DNA of 52,245 nt from Christensenellales bacterium (GTDB lineage Bacteria; Bacillota; Clostridia; Christensenellales; CAG-138), in assembly GCA_045224495.1 (NCBI GenBank), contig JBGVAK010000086.1, positions 1 through 52,245 of the forward strand, written 5' to 3'. Positions 32,803 to 41,255 of this stretch are shown here, one piece after another. The notes below the pieces were generated by a model that saw nothing but the letters and a program-made list of their open reading frames with translations, did not search any database and was not told the DNA's origin. Positions within the stretch are counted from its first letter, which is position 1. Each line of letters starts with the position of its first letter. A program made the translations under genes and the position numbers.

Positions 32803-35800
32803 TTATACTGCCTCCTCGAATTTTGCAGATACGATGCTGCTGACGCCTTTCTCCTCCATAGCTACACCGTAGAGGGTGTTGCACACCTCCATGCTGCCCT
32901 TGCGGTGGGTGATGAGGATGAACTGGGTCTGCTTGCCATAGTCCCGAACGAACTCGGCAAAGCGGCTCACGTTGGCTTCGTCCAAGCTTGTTTCGATCTC
33001 GTCCAGGAAGCAGAAGGCCGGACTCTTTACCCGCAGCATGGCGAATAGCAGGGCGATGGCCGTCAATGCCCGCTCGCCGCCGGACATGAGGCTCAGCAGC
33101 TGCAGCTTCTTGCCGGGAGGCTGGGCGATGATATCGATATCGCAGTTCAGCACGTCCTTGGGATCGCTGAGCCGCAGCTCCGCCTGGCCGCCGCCGAACA
33201 GGGCCACGAATACGTTCTTGAACTCCGCCTGGACCCGGTCGAACTCTCCTGCGAAGACCTTCTCCATGGTCTTCGTCAGCTTTTCGATGAGGATATACAG
33301 ATCCTGGGCGGCGTTGGTCAAATCCTCGTACTGTTTGCTCAAATTCTCGTAACGCTCCGACACCTGGGCATACTCTTCGATGGCGTCCAGGTTCACCGTG
33401 CCAAGGTTCCGTATCTGCTCCCGAAGCTTCGCCGCTCGCTGGCTGCTGGAAGTGATGGGAATGTCCTCCTTGAGCTGCAGAGCGTTCTCGTACGTCAAAC
33501 CATAGTTCTGCCAGATCCTGTCCTGCTGTTGTTCCAAAGCCGTCTGCAGCTTGCCCAGCATCATTTCCGTCCGCGTGCGATTGTCCAGCAGCTCTCGGGT
33601 GCTGCCCAAAAGCTCGTCCCGACGAATGCGGCGTACCCGCAGCTCCTCCTTCTGGACGGTGCGCTGGTCGTCCACCTTTTGCTGCTCCTGCTGGGCCTTA
33701 GACAGGGCCTCCTTAGCCTCGTCGATGCGCGCAAGGAGGGCGTCGCGGGCCTGCTTTTCCCTTTCTATATCGCCTTCGGCCCTCGCAGCGTCCTCCAGCA
33801 GGGACTCCCGCTTTTGGCCACAGCGTTCGATCTCATGGGTGAGCCGTTCCCGCTCCGCCTCTCGGGCGGATGCCTCCTTCATGACGGCGGTGTGCCGGAG
33901 CCGGAGCTCCGTCAGCGATTCCGCCTGTTCGTCCCGGCGTTTGCGCAGGGCGTAGAGGGCCTTGCTCTCCTCCACTACCTCCTGTCGGGAGATGGTGCCG
34001 TGATGCTCCAGGTCGCTTTGTTCGCTGTCGAGCAGCGCCATCCTCTCCTCGATGGAGCGAATGTTCTCGCCGTTGGCGGTCAACTCCTCCTCCAAAGCCT
34101 CCCGATCGACCTGGGCCGTATCCAGATCCCGCTGGATGATGCTCAGCTTGTCGTTCTGCTTTTCGAGGTCGATATCCTTGTCGTGCAGGTCCCGGACCAG
34201 TTCGTCCACCTGGACGGCAGCCAAAAGCACCTGCTGCTTTTTCTCGTTCAGAAGGTCGATGGCGGCTTTGCGTTCCTTTTCCAGCTCCGCGTATCTCTTC
34301 TTCAGTTCAGCGATCTCCCGCTCCCGACCCAAGATGCCGAAGCTCTTGCGCTGGGTGCTGCCGCCGGTCATGGCGCCGCCGGGGGTGATAAGGTCCCCCT
34401 TCAGGGTAACGATCTGGAAAACGCCGCCGGAACGCTCCTTCAGACTGACGCCTACGGACAGATCCTCCACCACCACGGTCCTTCCAAGAAGGTACTCCAC
34501 GGCTTTGTCCATACCCTCCTCCCAGCGGATGAGGTCGCAGGCAAGGCCGATGACGCCCTTTTCGTTCAGAAAATGCCGATCCCGTTCCTTGACGCCGTTA
34601 TCGGACAAAAGGTCGAGCGGCAGGATGGTGCAACGGCCGAACTCCTTTCGCCGCAGGGTCTCGATGATGAACTTAGCGTCACGGCCGGTGCGACTCACCA
34701 GGTTTTGTTGGGCGCCGCCCAGGGCCGTGCCCACCGCCACCTCGTATTTTTCCGGCACGTGGATGAGCTCCGCCACCACGCCCACGATCTTCTGCCTGAG
34801 CTCCACGTCCCGCTCCGCCAGTTCCATGATGAGCCGTACGCTGTTCTGGTAGCCCTCGCGTTTGCGGGCCATCTCCTCCAAAACATGGAGCCGAGAGGAC
34901 ATGGCACCGCTCTCCTGCTCCTTCTGACGCAGCGCTTCAGCCTGCGCTTCCTGCTCGGCCAGGAGCTTATATTGATTCTCTCGGGCCAGCCGCAACGCCT
35001 CTCGGCTGTTCTCCTGCTGAGCGGCCAGCCGCTGCTGCTCGATCTTGGCCTGATCCTTCTCCGCCTGCAGCTCGTCCTGATGAAGCCGGTTCTTCTCCAG
35101 ATCCCCCTCTATGGCCTCCGATCGCTCCTGCAAAGACTGTTTCAGGGCGGACAGCCGGGACAGGCTGCTCTTCTTATCGGACAGGCGGTTCAACTCCTCC
35201 ATGATCCGATTCTTCTTCTCTTCCAGGGCTGCCTCCGCCTGCTCACATTCCGCCTGCAGAGCGGACAGGGCGGTATTCATCTCGTCGATCTGACGCTGCA
35301 GGGATGTCCGCTCCTCATCGGAAAGGGTGCCCATACTGTCCAGGGTGAGCTGCCGTTCGGCAGCCTCCTTGGCCTGGGTCTCCGCTTCGGCCAGGAGCCG
35401 TTCCCGCTCCTTCTCCAAATTCTCCTGCCGGGCCAGGTTCAGCTTCTCCTCGCCCTGCAAGCCCTCCACCCGGGACAGCAGCTCCAACAGGCGCTTTTGT
35501 CCCTCGTCCAGCTTCTCATCCAGGGCCCGGATGCGGTCCTCCAGCTCGTGGCTGGCCTCCTGGAGCATGCCGTCCTCAGACTCCACGCCGGAAAGCTTCT
35601 CCAGCACCTCCTGCAGGGTCGTCTGAAGCTCCGCGATCTTCTGCCGGTTCTTCTCCGTCTCGTGGAGGAACAGGTTTACCTCCAGCCGACGCAGTTCCTC
35701 CCGAGCCGTCTGATACTGGATGGCCTTCTCCCGCTGCTCCTGCAGAGGGCCCACCCGGCTTTCCAGCTCGTGAAGGATGTCACCGATGCGCTCCATGTTC

Positions 35801-36357
35801 TTCTGGGTGTTCTCCAGCTTCTTTTCCGCTTCGGTCCTGCGGACCCTATAGCGCATGACCCCGGCCGCCTCCTCCAATGCGGAGCGACGATCGGCGGATT
35901 TGTTGGAGAGTATCTCATCCACCTTGCCCTGAGAGATGATGGAGTAGCCGTCCCGGCCGATGCCCGTGTCCCGGAACAGTTCCAGCACGTCTTTCAGACG
36001 GCAGGTCTTGCCGTTGATGGCGTACTCGCTCTCGCCGTTGCGGTACACCCGGCGGGTGACGCCCACCTCGTTGTAGTCCACCGGCAAGGAATGATCGGAA
36101 TTATCGAAGGACAGCGTCACCTCCGCCATGCCCAAAGGCCGGCGCTTTTGGGTACCGTTGAAGATCACGTCCTCCATCTTGGCGCCGCGCAGCGCCCGGG
36201 CGCTCTGCTCGCCCAGCACCCAGCGGACCGCGTCGGAGATGTTGCTCTTGCCGCTGCCGTTGGGACCGATGACGGCCGTGACGCCGCTTCCGAATTGCAG
36301 TTCAGTTTTCTTGGCAAAGGATTTGAACCCTTGCATCTCCAGCTTTGTCAGTCGCAT
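32803..36357 (-). CDS. smc: Chromosome segregation protein SMC
   Basis: Start at MRLTKLEMQGFKSF. GPNGSGKSN Walker A, long coiled-coils with a hinge, LSGGE signature and FCFLDE Walker B. Confidence 0.95.
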   Translation of the reverse strand: MRLTKLEMQGFKSFAKKTELQFGSGVTAVIGPNGSGKSNISDAVRWVLGEQSARALRGAKMEDVIFNGTQKRRPLGMAEVTLSFDNSDHSLPVDYNEVGVTRRVYRNGESEYAINGKTCRLKDVLELFRDTGIGRDGYSIISQGKVDEILSNKSADRRSALEEAAGVMRYRVRRTEAEKKLENTQKNMERIGDILHELESRVGPLQEQREKAIQYQTAREELRRLEVNLFLHETEKNRQKIAELQTTLQEVLEKLSGVESEDGMLQEASHELEDRIRALDEKLDEGQKRLLELLSRVEGLQGEEKLNLARQENLEKERERLLAEAETQAKEAAERQLTLDSMGTLSDEERTSLQRQIDEMNTALSALQAECEQAEAALEEKKNRIMEELNRLSDKKSSLSRLSALKQSLQERSEAIEGDLEKNRLHQDELQAEKDQAKIEQQRLAAQQENSREALRLARENQYKLLAEQEAQAEALRQKEQESGAMSSRLHVLEEMARKREGYQNSVRLIMELAERDVELRQKIVGVVAELIHVPEKYEVAVGTALGGAQQNLVSRTGRDAKFIIETLRRKEFGRCTILPLDLLSDNGVKERDRHFLNEKGVIGLACDLIRWEEGMDKAVEYLLGRTVVVEDLSVGVSLKERSGGVFQIVTLKGDLITPGGAMTGGSTQRKSFGILGREREIAELKKRYAELEKERKAAIDLLNEKKQQVLLAAVQVDELVRDLHDKDIDLEKQNDKLSIIQRDLDTAQVDREALEEELTANGENIRSIEERMALLDSEQSDLEHHGTISRQEVVEESKALYALRKRRDEQAESLTELRLRHTAVMKEASAREAERERLTHEIERCGQKRESLLEDAARAEGDIEREKQARDALLARIDEAKEALSKAQQEQQKVDDQRTVQKEELRVRRIRRDELLGSTRELLDNRTRTEMMLGKLQTALEQQQDRIWQNYGLTYENALQLKEDIPITSSSQRAAKLREQIRNLGTVNLDAIEEYAQVSERYENLSKQYEDLTNAAQDLYILIEKLTKTMEKVFAGEFDRVQAEFKNVFVALFGGGQAELRLSDPKDVLNCDIDIIAQPPGKKLQLLSLMSGGERALTAIALLFAMLRVKSPAFCFLDEIETSLDEANVSRFAEFVRDYGKQTQFILITHRKGSMEVCNTLYGVAMEEKGVSSIVSAKFEEAV

Positions 36358-37043
36358 TCGTTTGTATACCGTTCCATGGCCATCTGGGCCGCCGCCTGAC
36401 CGGCCGCCTGCTTGGACGGGCCGGAGCCTTCGCCCCATTCCACCTCGTCCACCAGCACACGCATGGTGAAAAGCTTCTTATGATCGGGGCCGGACTCGTC
36501 CACCAGCTCGTAGCGGATGGTGCGCCCCTTGTGATCCGCATGGACCAGCTCCTGAAAGGCGGTCTTGCTGTCCTTGGAGGAGGTCCGGCTCTCCAAAGTC
36601 TCTGCAGACAGCACGAACTGCTGTACCAGCTTTTGGGCGAGATCCAGCCCGCCATCCAGATATACCGCAGCCAAAACCGCTTCGAAAGCATCGGACAGGA
36701 TGGAATCCTTCTCCCTGCCGCCACACTGCTCCTCGCCCCGGCTCAGCAGCAGGAATTCACCCAACCCCAGGCGCCTGGCCGCTGCGGACAAGGCGTTCTC
36801 GCAGACCAGGGACGAGCGCAGACGCGTCATGGCGCCCTCCCGCATCTCGGGGTGGCTATCGTAGATATGACGGGACACCAGATGCTCCAGCACCGCGTCT
36901 CCCAAATATTCCAGCCGCTCGTTGTCCTCCCCCATACGATGCTGTTCCACCGCCATAGAGGAGTGGGTCAGCGCACGGCGAAGAAGGCCAACGTTATTAA
37001 AACGATAGCCCAGCCTGTCCATGCACCGATTCAGATCTACCAT
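36348..37043 (-). CDS. rnc: Ribonuclease III
   Basis: NERLEYLGDAVL signature and a C-terminal dsRBD. Confidence 0.9.
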   Translation of the reverse strand: MVDLNRCMDRLGYRFNNVGLLRRALTHSSMAVEQHRMGEDNERLEYLGDAVLEHLVSRHIYDSHPEMREGAMTRLRSSLVCENALSAAARRLGLGEFLLLSRGEEQCGGREKDSILSDAFEAVLAAVYLDGGLDLAQKLVQQFVLSAETLESRTSSKDSKTAFQELVHADHKGRTIRYELVDESGPDHKKLFTMRVLVDEVEWGEGSGPSKQAAGQAAAQMAMERYTNECD

Positions 37044-37052
37044 GCTTCGCTC

Positions 37053-37085
37053 CTAAAAAAAGCCCGCATCCTGCCGGTGCGGGCT
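37053..37085 (-). terminator. Intrinsic terminator or attenuator between acpP and rnc
   Basis: Minus strand reads AGCCCGCA-ccggcagga-TGCGGGCT followed by TTTTTTT. Confidence 0.75.
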
Positions 37086-37115
37086 GACCCATTCCTGCGA
37101 AAGGGCATGCACTGA

Positions 37116-37337
37116 TTATTTGGCAAGATAGCCCACCACATCGCCGACGGTCTTGATGTTGGGCAGCACCTCATCGGGGATCTCCACGTCAAATTCCTGC
37201 TCCATATCCATGACGAGCTCCACGATGTCCAGAGAGTCCGCATGCAGATCGTCGATCAAGCTGCTCGAGGGGGTGATGGTCTCCGGGTCGATGTCCAACT
37301 GCTTGGCGATGATCGCGCGCACCTTCTCAAAATCCAT
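37116..37337 (-). CDS. acpP: Acyl carrier protein
   Basis: 73 aa with [14 protein letters not shown] (the phosphopantetheine-attachment serine). Confidence 0.9.
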   Translation of the reverse strand: MDFEKVRAIIAKQLDIDPETITPSSSLIDDLHADSLDIVELVMDMEQEFDVEIPDEVLPNIKTVGDVVGYLAK

Positions 37338-37412
37338 TTGTAAATCCTCCTATAAAAAAGCGTAGTTTTCAAAATTTTTACCTGCATATTGTAAAACACA
37401 GGTCGCCATATG

Positions 37413-38444
37413 TCAACTGATTTTTTCTGCTGTCGAAATGGGTTCCTGAGACTGGACCGCCGCAGCGATCTTGTCCGTCACACCGCCCTTCACCAACCTC
37501 TGGGCCTGACGGATGGCGTTGTAGAACGCCTTGGCGTTGGAACTGCCGTGGGCCTTGATGACGCCGCCGTTGACGCCCAGCAAGGGCGCTCCGCCCACCT
37601 CGGTATAGTCCATCTTTTTCTTCAGCGCGGCAAAGGCGGGTTTGGCGATGGCGCCGCCGATGGTGCCCCTGAGGGACCCCAACAGCTCCGTCTTCAGCAT
37701 GGAGGTGATGGCTTTGGCCGTTCCTTCGGTGCTCTTTAAGAGCACGTTGCCGGCAAAGCCGTCCGTGACCACTACGTCGAAATCGCCGCTCATAAGCTCC
37801 CGGGCCTCGCAGTTCCCGGCAAAGCGGATGCCCTCCAGCTCCTGCAGCAGCGGATAGGTCTCCTTGGTGAGCTCGTTCCCCTTCTCGGCCTCCTCGCCGT
37901 TGTTGAGCAGGCCCACAGCGGGGTCCTCTACGCCCTCCACCAGCTCCATATAGGCGCTGCCCATCTGGGCGAACTGAACGAGGTACACCGGCTTGCAGTC
38001 CACGTTGGCGCCGGCGTCGATGATCATGGTGTGTCCGCCCTGGAGATTCGGAATGAGCGGTGCCAAGGCCGGACGCTGTACGTCCTTGATGCGGCGGATG
38101 ACGAGGGTGCCGCAGGCCAGGACCGCACCGGTGCTGCCTGCGCTGATGAAACAGTCTGCCTCCTTGTTCGCCACGGCTTTGGCCGCCAGGACCATGGAGG
38201 ATTCCTTCTTGCGACGCACGGCCACAGCCGGGGCTTCCTCGCAGGTGATGACCTCTTGAGCCGGCTTGACGACGAGCCTGTCCGCCGGATAGGATCTCCC
38301 TTCCAAACAGGCCTTTAGCTGCCCCTCGTCGCCGAAGAGCCAGATGACCATATCCTTGTCCAGTTCTTGCAGCGCCAGCAGGGCGCCGTCCACCACCGCC
38401 TGAGGGGCGTTGTCGCCGCCCATGGCATCCAATGCTAAGATCAT
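37413..38444 (-). CDS. plsX: Phosphate acyltransferase PlsX
   Basis: Start at MILALDAMGGDNAP after GAAGGAG. Confidence 0.9.
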   Translation of the reverse strand: MILALDAMGGDNAPQAVVDGALLALQELDKDMVIWLFGDEGQLKACLEGRSYPADRLVVKPAQEVITCEEAPAVAVRRKKESSMVLAAKAVANKEADCFISAGSTGAVLACGTLVIRRIKDVQRPALAPLIPNLQGGHTMIIDAGANVDCKPVYLVQFAQMGSAYMELVEGVEDPAVGLLNNGEEAEKGNELTKETYPLLQELEGIRFAGNCEARELMSGDFDVVVTDGFAGNVLLKSTEGTAKAITSMLKTELLGSLRGTIGGAIAKPAFAALKKKMDYTEVGGAPLLGVNGGVIKAHGSSNAKAFYNAIRQAQRLVKGGVTDKIAAAVQSQEPISTAEKIS

Positions 38445-38471
38445 ATGTCGCTCCTTCAAAGGTTTTTCTGT

Positions 38472-38500
38472 AGTATACATGGATTCGCATCCGATTTCAA
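38472..38500 (-). promoter_or_regulatory. Sigma-A-type promoter of plsX-acpP
   Basis: Minus strand reads TTGAAA (38500-38495), N17, TATACT (38477-38472). Confidence 0.55.
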
Positions 38501-38535
38501 CCGCAAATCCACGTAAAGGAAGAAGCGACGCAGGA

Positions 38536-38940
38536 TCATTTCTTCTGTTTTTCCAGCAGCAACCCCTTCACCATGGCCCCCGCCATGCCGGTGGCTACTG
38601 AGATGATCCAATCTCCCAGCAGTGCCCAGCTCGGCGCAAAGCGCCTCGTGCATAGGCAAAGCAAGAAAACCAGGAGCGCCTCGAACAAAGCTCCGGCCAC
38701 AGCGCCTGTGACGGAGATCCGCTCCGTCGCCTTTCGGAGGGCAAAGAACCCGGCGGAAAAGGGGCAGATGACCTTCAATATGCCGTTCACCGGACCGATG
38801 GCCCCTGCTCCCGCCTTGTCCCAATACAGCAGGAGCGATAGTAGCAGCATGCCCGTCAGGGCGATCCCGCAGCCCAAGAGAGCGCCCGTCAATTGTCGCC
38901 AGGTAAAGATGCCCTTCGTACGCCTTGTCCGCTTCTTCAT
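38536..38940 (-). CDS. Small polytopic membrane protein (YrzE/TIGR04086-like, tentative)
   Basis: 134 aa with four hydrophobic segments and SD GGAGGG. The family assignment is from memory only. Confidence 0.5.
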   Translation of the reverse strand: MKKRTRRTKGIFTWRQLTGALLGCGIALTGMLLLSLLLYWDKAGAGAIGPVNGILKVICPFSAGFFALRKATERISVTGAVAGALFEALLVFLLCLCTRRFAPSWALLGDWIISVATGMAGAMVKGLLLEKQKK

Positions 38941-38993
38941 TTCGTCCCTCCGTTTGCTTGATAGGACAGCTTATGCAGCAGAGTCCGGAGAAA

Positions 38994-39018
38994 TGAAAAA
39001 GCCGGCCCAAGGCCGGCT
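38994..39018 (-). terminator. Intrinsic terminator after yajC
   Basis: Minus strand reads AGCCGGCC-ttg-GGCCGGCT followed by TTTTCATTT. Confidence 0.75.
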
Positions 39019-39034
39019 GTTCATCGTTGTTCGC

Positions 39035-39385
39035 TTACTCCACCACGGACTCGTTCATGGTGTTCTCCGCGCCCTTCTCCTCGATCTGGGAGATAGCGCC
39101 GCGGGCAAATACCAGATGGATCTTGTCGGGGCCCACCTGCATGACCACGTAGTCGTCCTTCACGGAGGTGATGGTGCCGTAGATGCCGCCGATGGTGCGG
39201 ACCCGATCGCCGGGCCGGATGGAGGCCAGCATCTCCTTGACCTTCTTATCCCGCTTGCGCTGGGGAATGATCATGACGGCCATGAGGACCACCATGATGA
39301 GGATCAACGGCAGAGTGGACATAAGGGAGGAAGCGGTGCCTTCCGCGACCGCAGCCACGATGGGACCAAAGAAAAGATGCAGCAT
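39035..39385 (-). CDS. yajC: Preprotein translocase subunit YajC
   Basis: IIPQRKRDKKVKEMLASIRPGDRVRTIGGIYGTI. ATG 39385 follows GAAAGGAAA. Confidence 0.8.
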   Translation of the reverse strand: MLHLFFGPIVAAVAEGTASSLMSTLPLILIMVVLMAVMIIPQRKRDKKVKEMLASIRPGDRVRTIGGIYGTITSVKDDYVVMQVGPDKIHLVFARGAISQIEEKGAENTMNESVVE

Positions 39386-39449
39386 GTACTTGATTTCCTT
39401 TCCGAATTTCAACGTTCATTTTACGACAGATTCGCCTCGGCGTCAAGAG

Positions 39450-39487
39450 AGAAAAAGCTCCTTCGCCTCGGCAAAAAGCGAAGGAGC
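39450..39487 (-). terminator. Intrinsic terminator after the 50-aa ORF
   Basis: Minus strand reads GCTCCTTCGC-tttttgccgag-GCGAAGGAGC followed by TTTTTCTC. Confidence 0.7.
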
Positions 39488-39492
39488 GTCCC

Positions 39493-39645
39493 TCATTTGA
39501 GAAGGGAGCTGTTCTTGATGGCGCGGACAGCCCGCTTGCCGTCCCGCTTCATCCGTCGCCACACGTCGGGATAGATGGCGTTCACGGCCGTTACCGCCAG
39601 GGCCATGCCGCCGATCATGCCCAAGCCTATGCCTGCTGGTTTCAT
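39493..39645 (-). CDS. Hypothetical 50-aa membrane peptide (below the ORF-track size cutoff)
   Basis: My own translation gives MKPAGIGLGMIGGMALAVTAVNAIYPDVWRRMKRDGKRAVRAIKNSSLLK. It has SD GAAAGGCGG and its own terminator. Confidence 0.45.
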   Translation of the reverse strand: MKPAGIGLGMIGGMALAVTAVNAIYPDVWRRMKRDGKRAVRAIKNSSLLK

Positions 39646-39755
39646 TTCGTTGCACCGCCTTTCCTTTTTTCAAGAGGCGCAAAACGCGTCCCTCTCCCAT
39701 AGTATGCAGGAGCGGGCCGCGGACCATGCAGGCATTTTTTGTTTGTCGAAACGGT

Positions 39756-40898
39756 CTATCCGCGGAGCCTTGAGATCGTTTTGGGCAGGATATCCAGGAC
39801 CTGTTCTATCTCGTCCGCCGTCGTATATCGGCCCATGGAAAGCCTCAACGGCGCCTGACGAGTGCCGTTCAACAGGCCCATGGCCCGCAGCACGTGGCTG
39901 GGCTCGTTGGCCCCGGCGGTGCAGGCGGACCCGGCGGAGGCAGCTACGCTTTGCATGTCCAGCAGAGCCAACAGCTCGTCTGCTGAAACACCGTCAAACA
40001 AGAAGCTGACGATGCCAGGCAGCCGCTCCGTCCGATGTCCGGTCAGCTGGCAGTCGGGGACGACGGACAGGATGCCGTCGATCAAAGCCTCGGAAAGATT
40101 TTTCAGACGCGTCTGCTCTTCCTCCATGCCCTCGGTCTGCTCCGTCAACGCCTCCGCCATGCCTACGATGCCGGGGACGTTCTCCGTCCCGGCACGGCGG
40201 TGCTTCTCCTGCTCGCCGCCGGTAATAAGGGGGGGAACGATGACATCCTTACGGATATAGGCTGCGCCTACGCCCCGGGGACCGTGAAACTTGTGGGCGG
40301 AGATAGTCAGCAAATCCACATGAAGGGCCTGCACATCTATGGGTAAATGCCCCGCCCCCTGCACGGCGTCCACATGCAGCAGCACGCCCCTCTCCCGGCA
40401 CAGATTGCCTGCGCTGGAGACGGGCTGCAGGGTGCCCACCTCGTTGTTGGCCAGCATAAGGGAGACAAGCGCCGTGTCCGGCCTCAAAGCGGCGAACAGA
40501 TCCACCACAGAGACACGGCCGCAGCTGTCCACCGGAAGGACGGTGAGCTGGATGTCTCCCCGTCGCTCCATGGCCTGAAGGGTGTTCAGCACGGAGGGAT
40601 GTTCCACGGCAGAGGTGATCACATGGCTGCCACGCTGCCGATTGGCTTCAATGGCCCCCCGCAGCAGATAGTTGTTCCCCTCGCTGCCGCCGGAGGTGAA
40701 GACGATCTCCTCCGAGGCTGCGCTGATGCACTTTGCCACCCTGTCCCTGGATCGCTCCAGGACCTTCTTGGCCTCCCGGGCATAGCTGTGGAGAGAGGAC
40801 GGGTTCCCCTGCTCCCCCTCCCATAAGGGCAACATGGCCGCCAACGCCCGATTAGAAAGCCGGGTGGTGGCGGCGTTGTCCAAATAGATGCGTTCCAT
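39756..40898 (-). CDS. Cysteine desulfurase (NifS/IscS class V aminotransferase)
   Basis: SGGSEGNN, SAHKFHGPRGVG (PLP lysine) and SAGSACT (catalytic Cys). Confidence 0.9.
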   Translation of the reverse strand: MERIYLDNAATTRLSNRALAAMLPLWEGEQGNPSSLHSYAREAKKVLERSRDRVAKCISAASEEIVFTSGGSEGNNYLLRGAIEANRQRGSHVITSAVEHPSVLNTLQAMERRGDIQLTVLPVDSCGRVSVVDLFAALRPDTALVSLMLANNEVGTLQPVSSAGNLCRERGVLLHVDAVQGAGHLPIDVQALHVDLLTISAHKFHGPRGVGAAYIRKDVIVPPLITGGEQEKHRRAGTENVPGIVGMAEALTEQTEGMEEEQTRLKNLSEALIDGILSVVPDCQLTGHRTERLPGIVSFLFDGVSADELLALLDMQSVAASAGSACTAGANEPSHVLRAMGLLNGTRQAPLRLSMGRYTTADEIEQVLDILPKTISRLRG

Positions 40899-40907
40899 GT
40901 GCTCCCG

Positions 40908-41237
40908 TTACAGAGCCTTGTCGAGCATCTGCTCCAGGGCGGCCTTAGGCCGGGCGCCGATGGCTTTGTCCACCACCTCGCCCCGCTTAAAGACCAGGAG
41001 CGTGGGGATGTTCATGATGCGGTAACGCTGAGCAAGCTCGCCCTGCTCATCCACGTCCACCTTGGCCACCACGACCTTGCCCGCGTACTCGTCAGCGATC
41101 TCCTCCACGATGGGGGCGATCATGCGGCAGGGGCCGCACCAGGTGGCCCAGAAGTCCACCAGGACGGGGGTCTCGCCAGCGATGAGCTGGTCGAAGGCCT
41201 CCTCAGAACCGATATGCAATACGTTCTCGTTTGCCAT
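40908..41237 (-). CDS. trxA: Thioredoxin
   Basis: WATWCGPC active site, 109 aa. Confidence 0.9.
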   Translation of the reverse strand: MANENVLHIGSEEAFDQLIAGETPVLVDFWATWCGPCRMIAPIVEEIADEYAGKVVVAKVDVDEQGELAQRYRIMNIPTLLVFKRGEVVDKAIGARPKAALEQMLDKAL

Positions 41238-41255
41238 AGTTTTCTCCTTTTTCGA

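Noticed and set aside
33529-36399. A 956-aa ORF on the plus strand, antisense to smc. Similar long mirror ORFs occur at 40899-43091 (730 aa), 47164-49374 (736 aa), 50597-51976 (459 aa), 43018-44322, 2768-3997, 9874-10911, 18200-18922 and 21784-22593.
   Set aside because: - They lie opposite genes with unmistakable homology.
- Their products are low-complexity, rich in L/G/A/R/H/Q/V.
- Such stop-free antisense frames are the expected artefact of GC3-rich coding DNA.
36358-36438. N-terminal extensions offered by the ORF track for smc. The same applies to 2733-2843, 1694-1798, 2410-2436, 21560-21688, 22579-22659, 24847-24873, 38445-38480, 49306-49389, 7239-7277, 7362-7403, 22680-22730 and 26761-26829.
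   Set aside because: Homology-consistent N-termini with SD sequences lie at internal ATGs. The extensions overlap upstream genes or encode non-homologous Gly/Arg-rich sequence.
37378-38490. A 370-aa alternative-frame ORF overlapping plsX on the same strand.
   Set aside because: It is Arg/Gly-rich with no homology. The 37413-38444 frame gives canonical PlsX.
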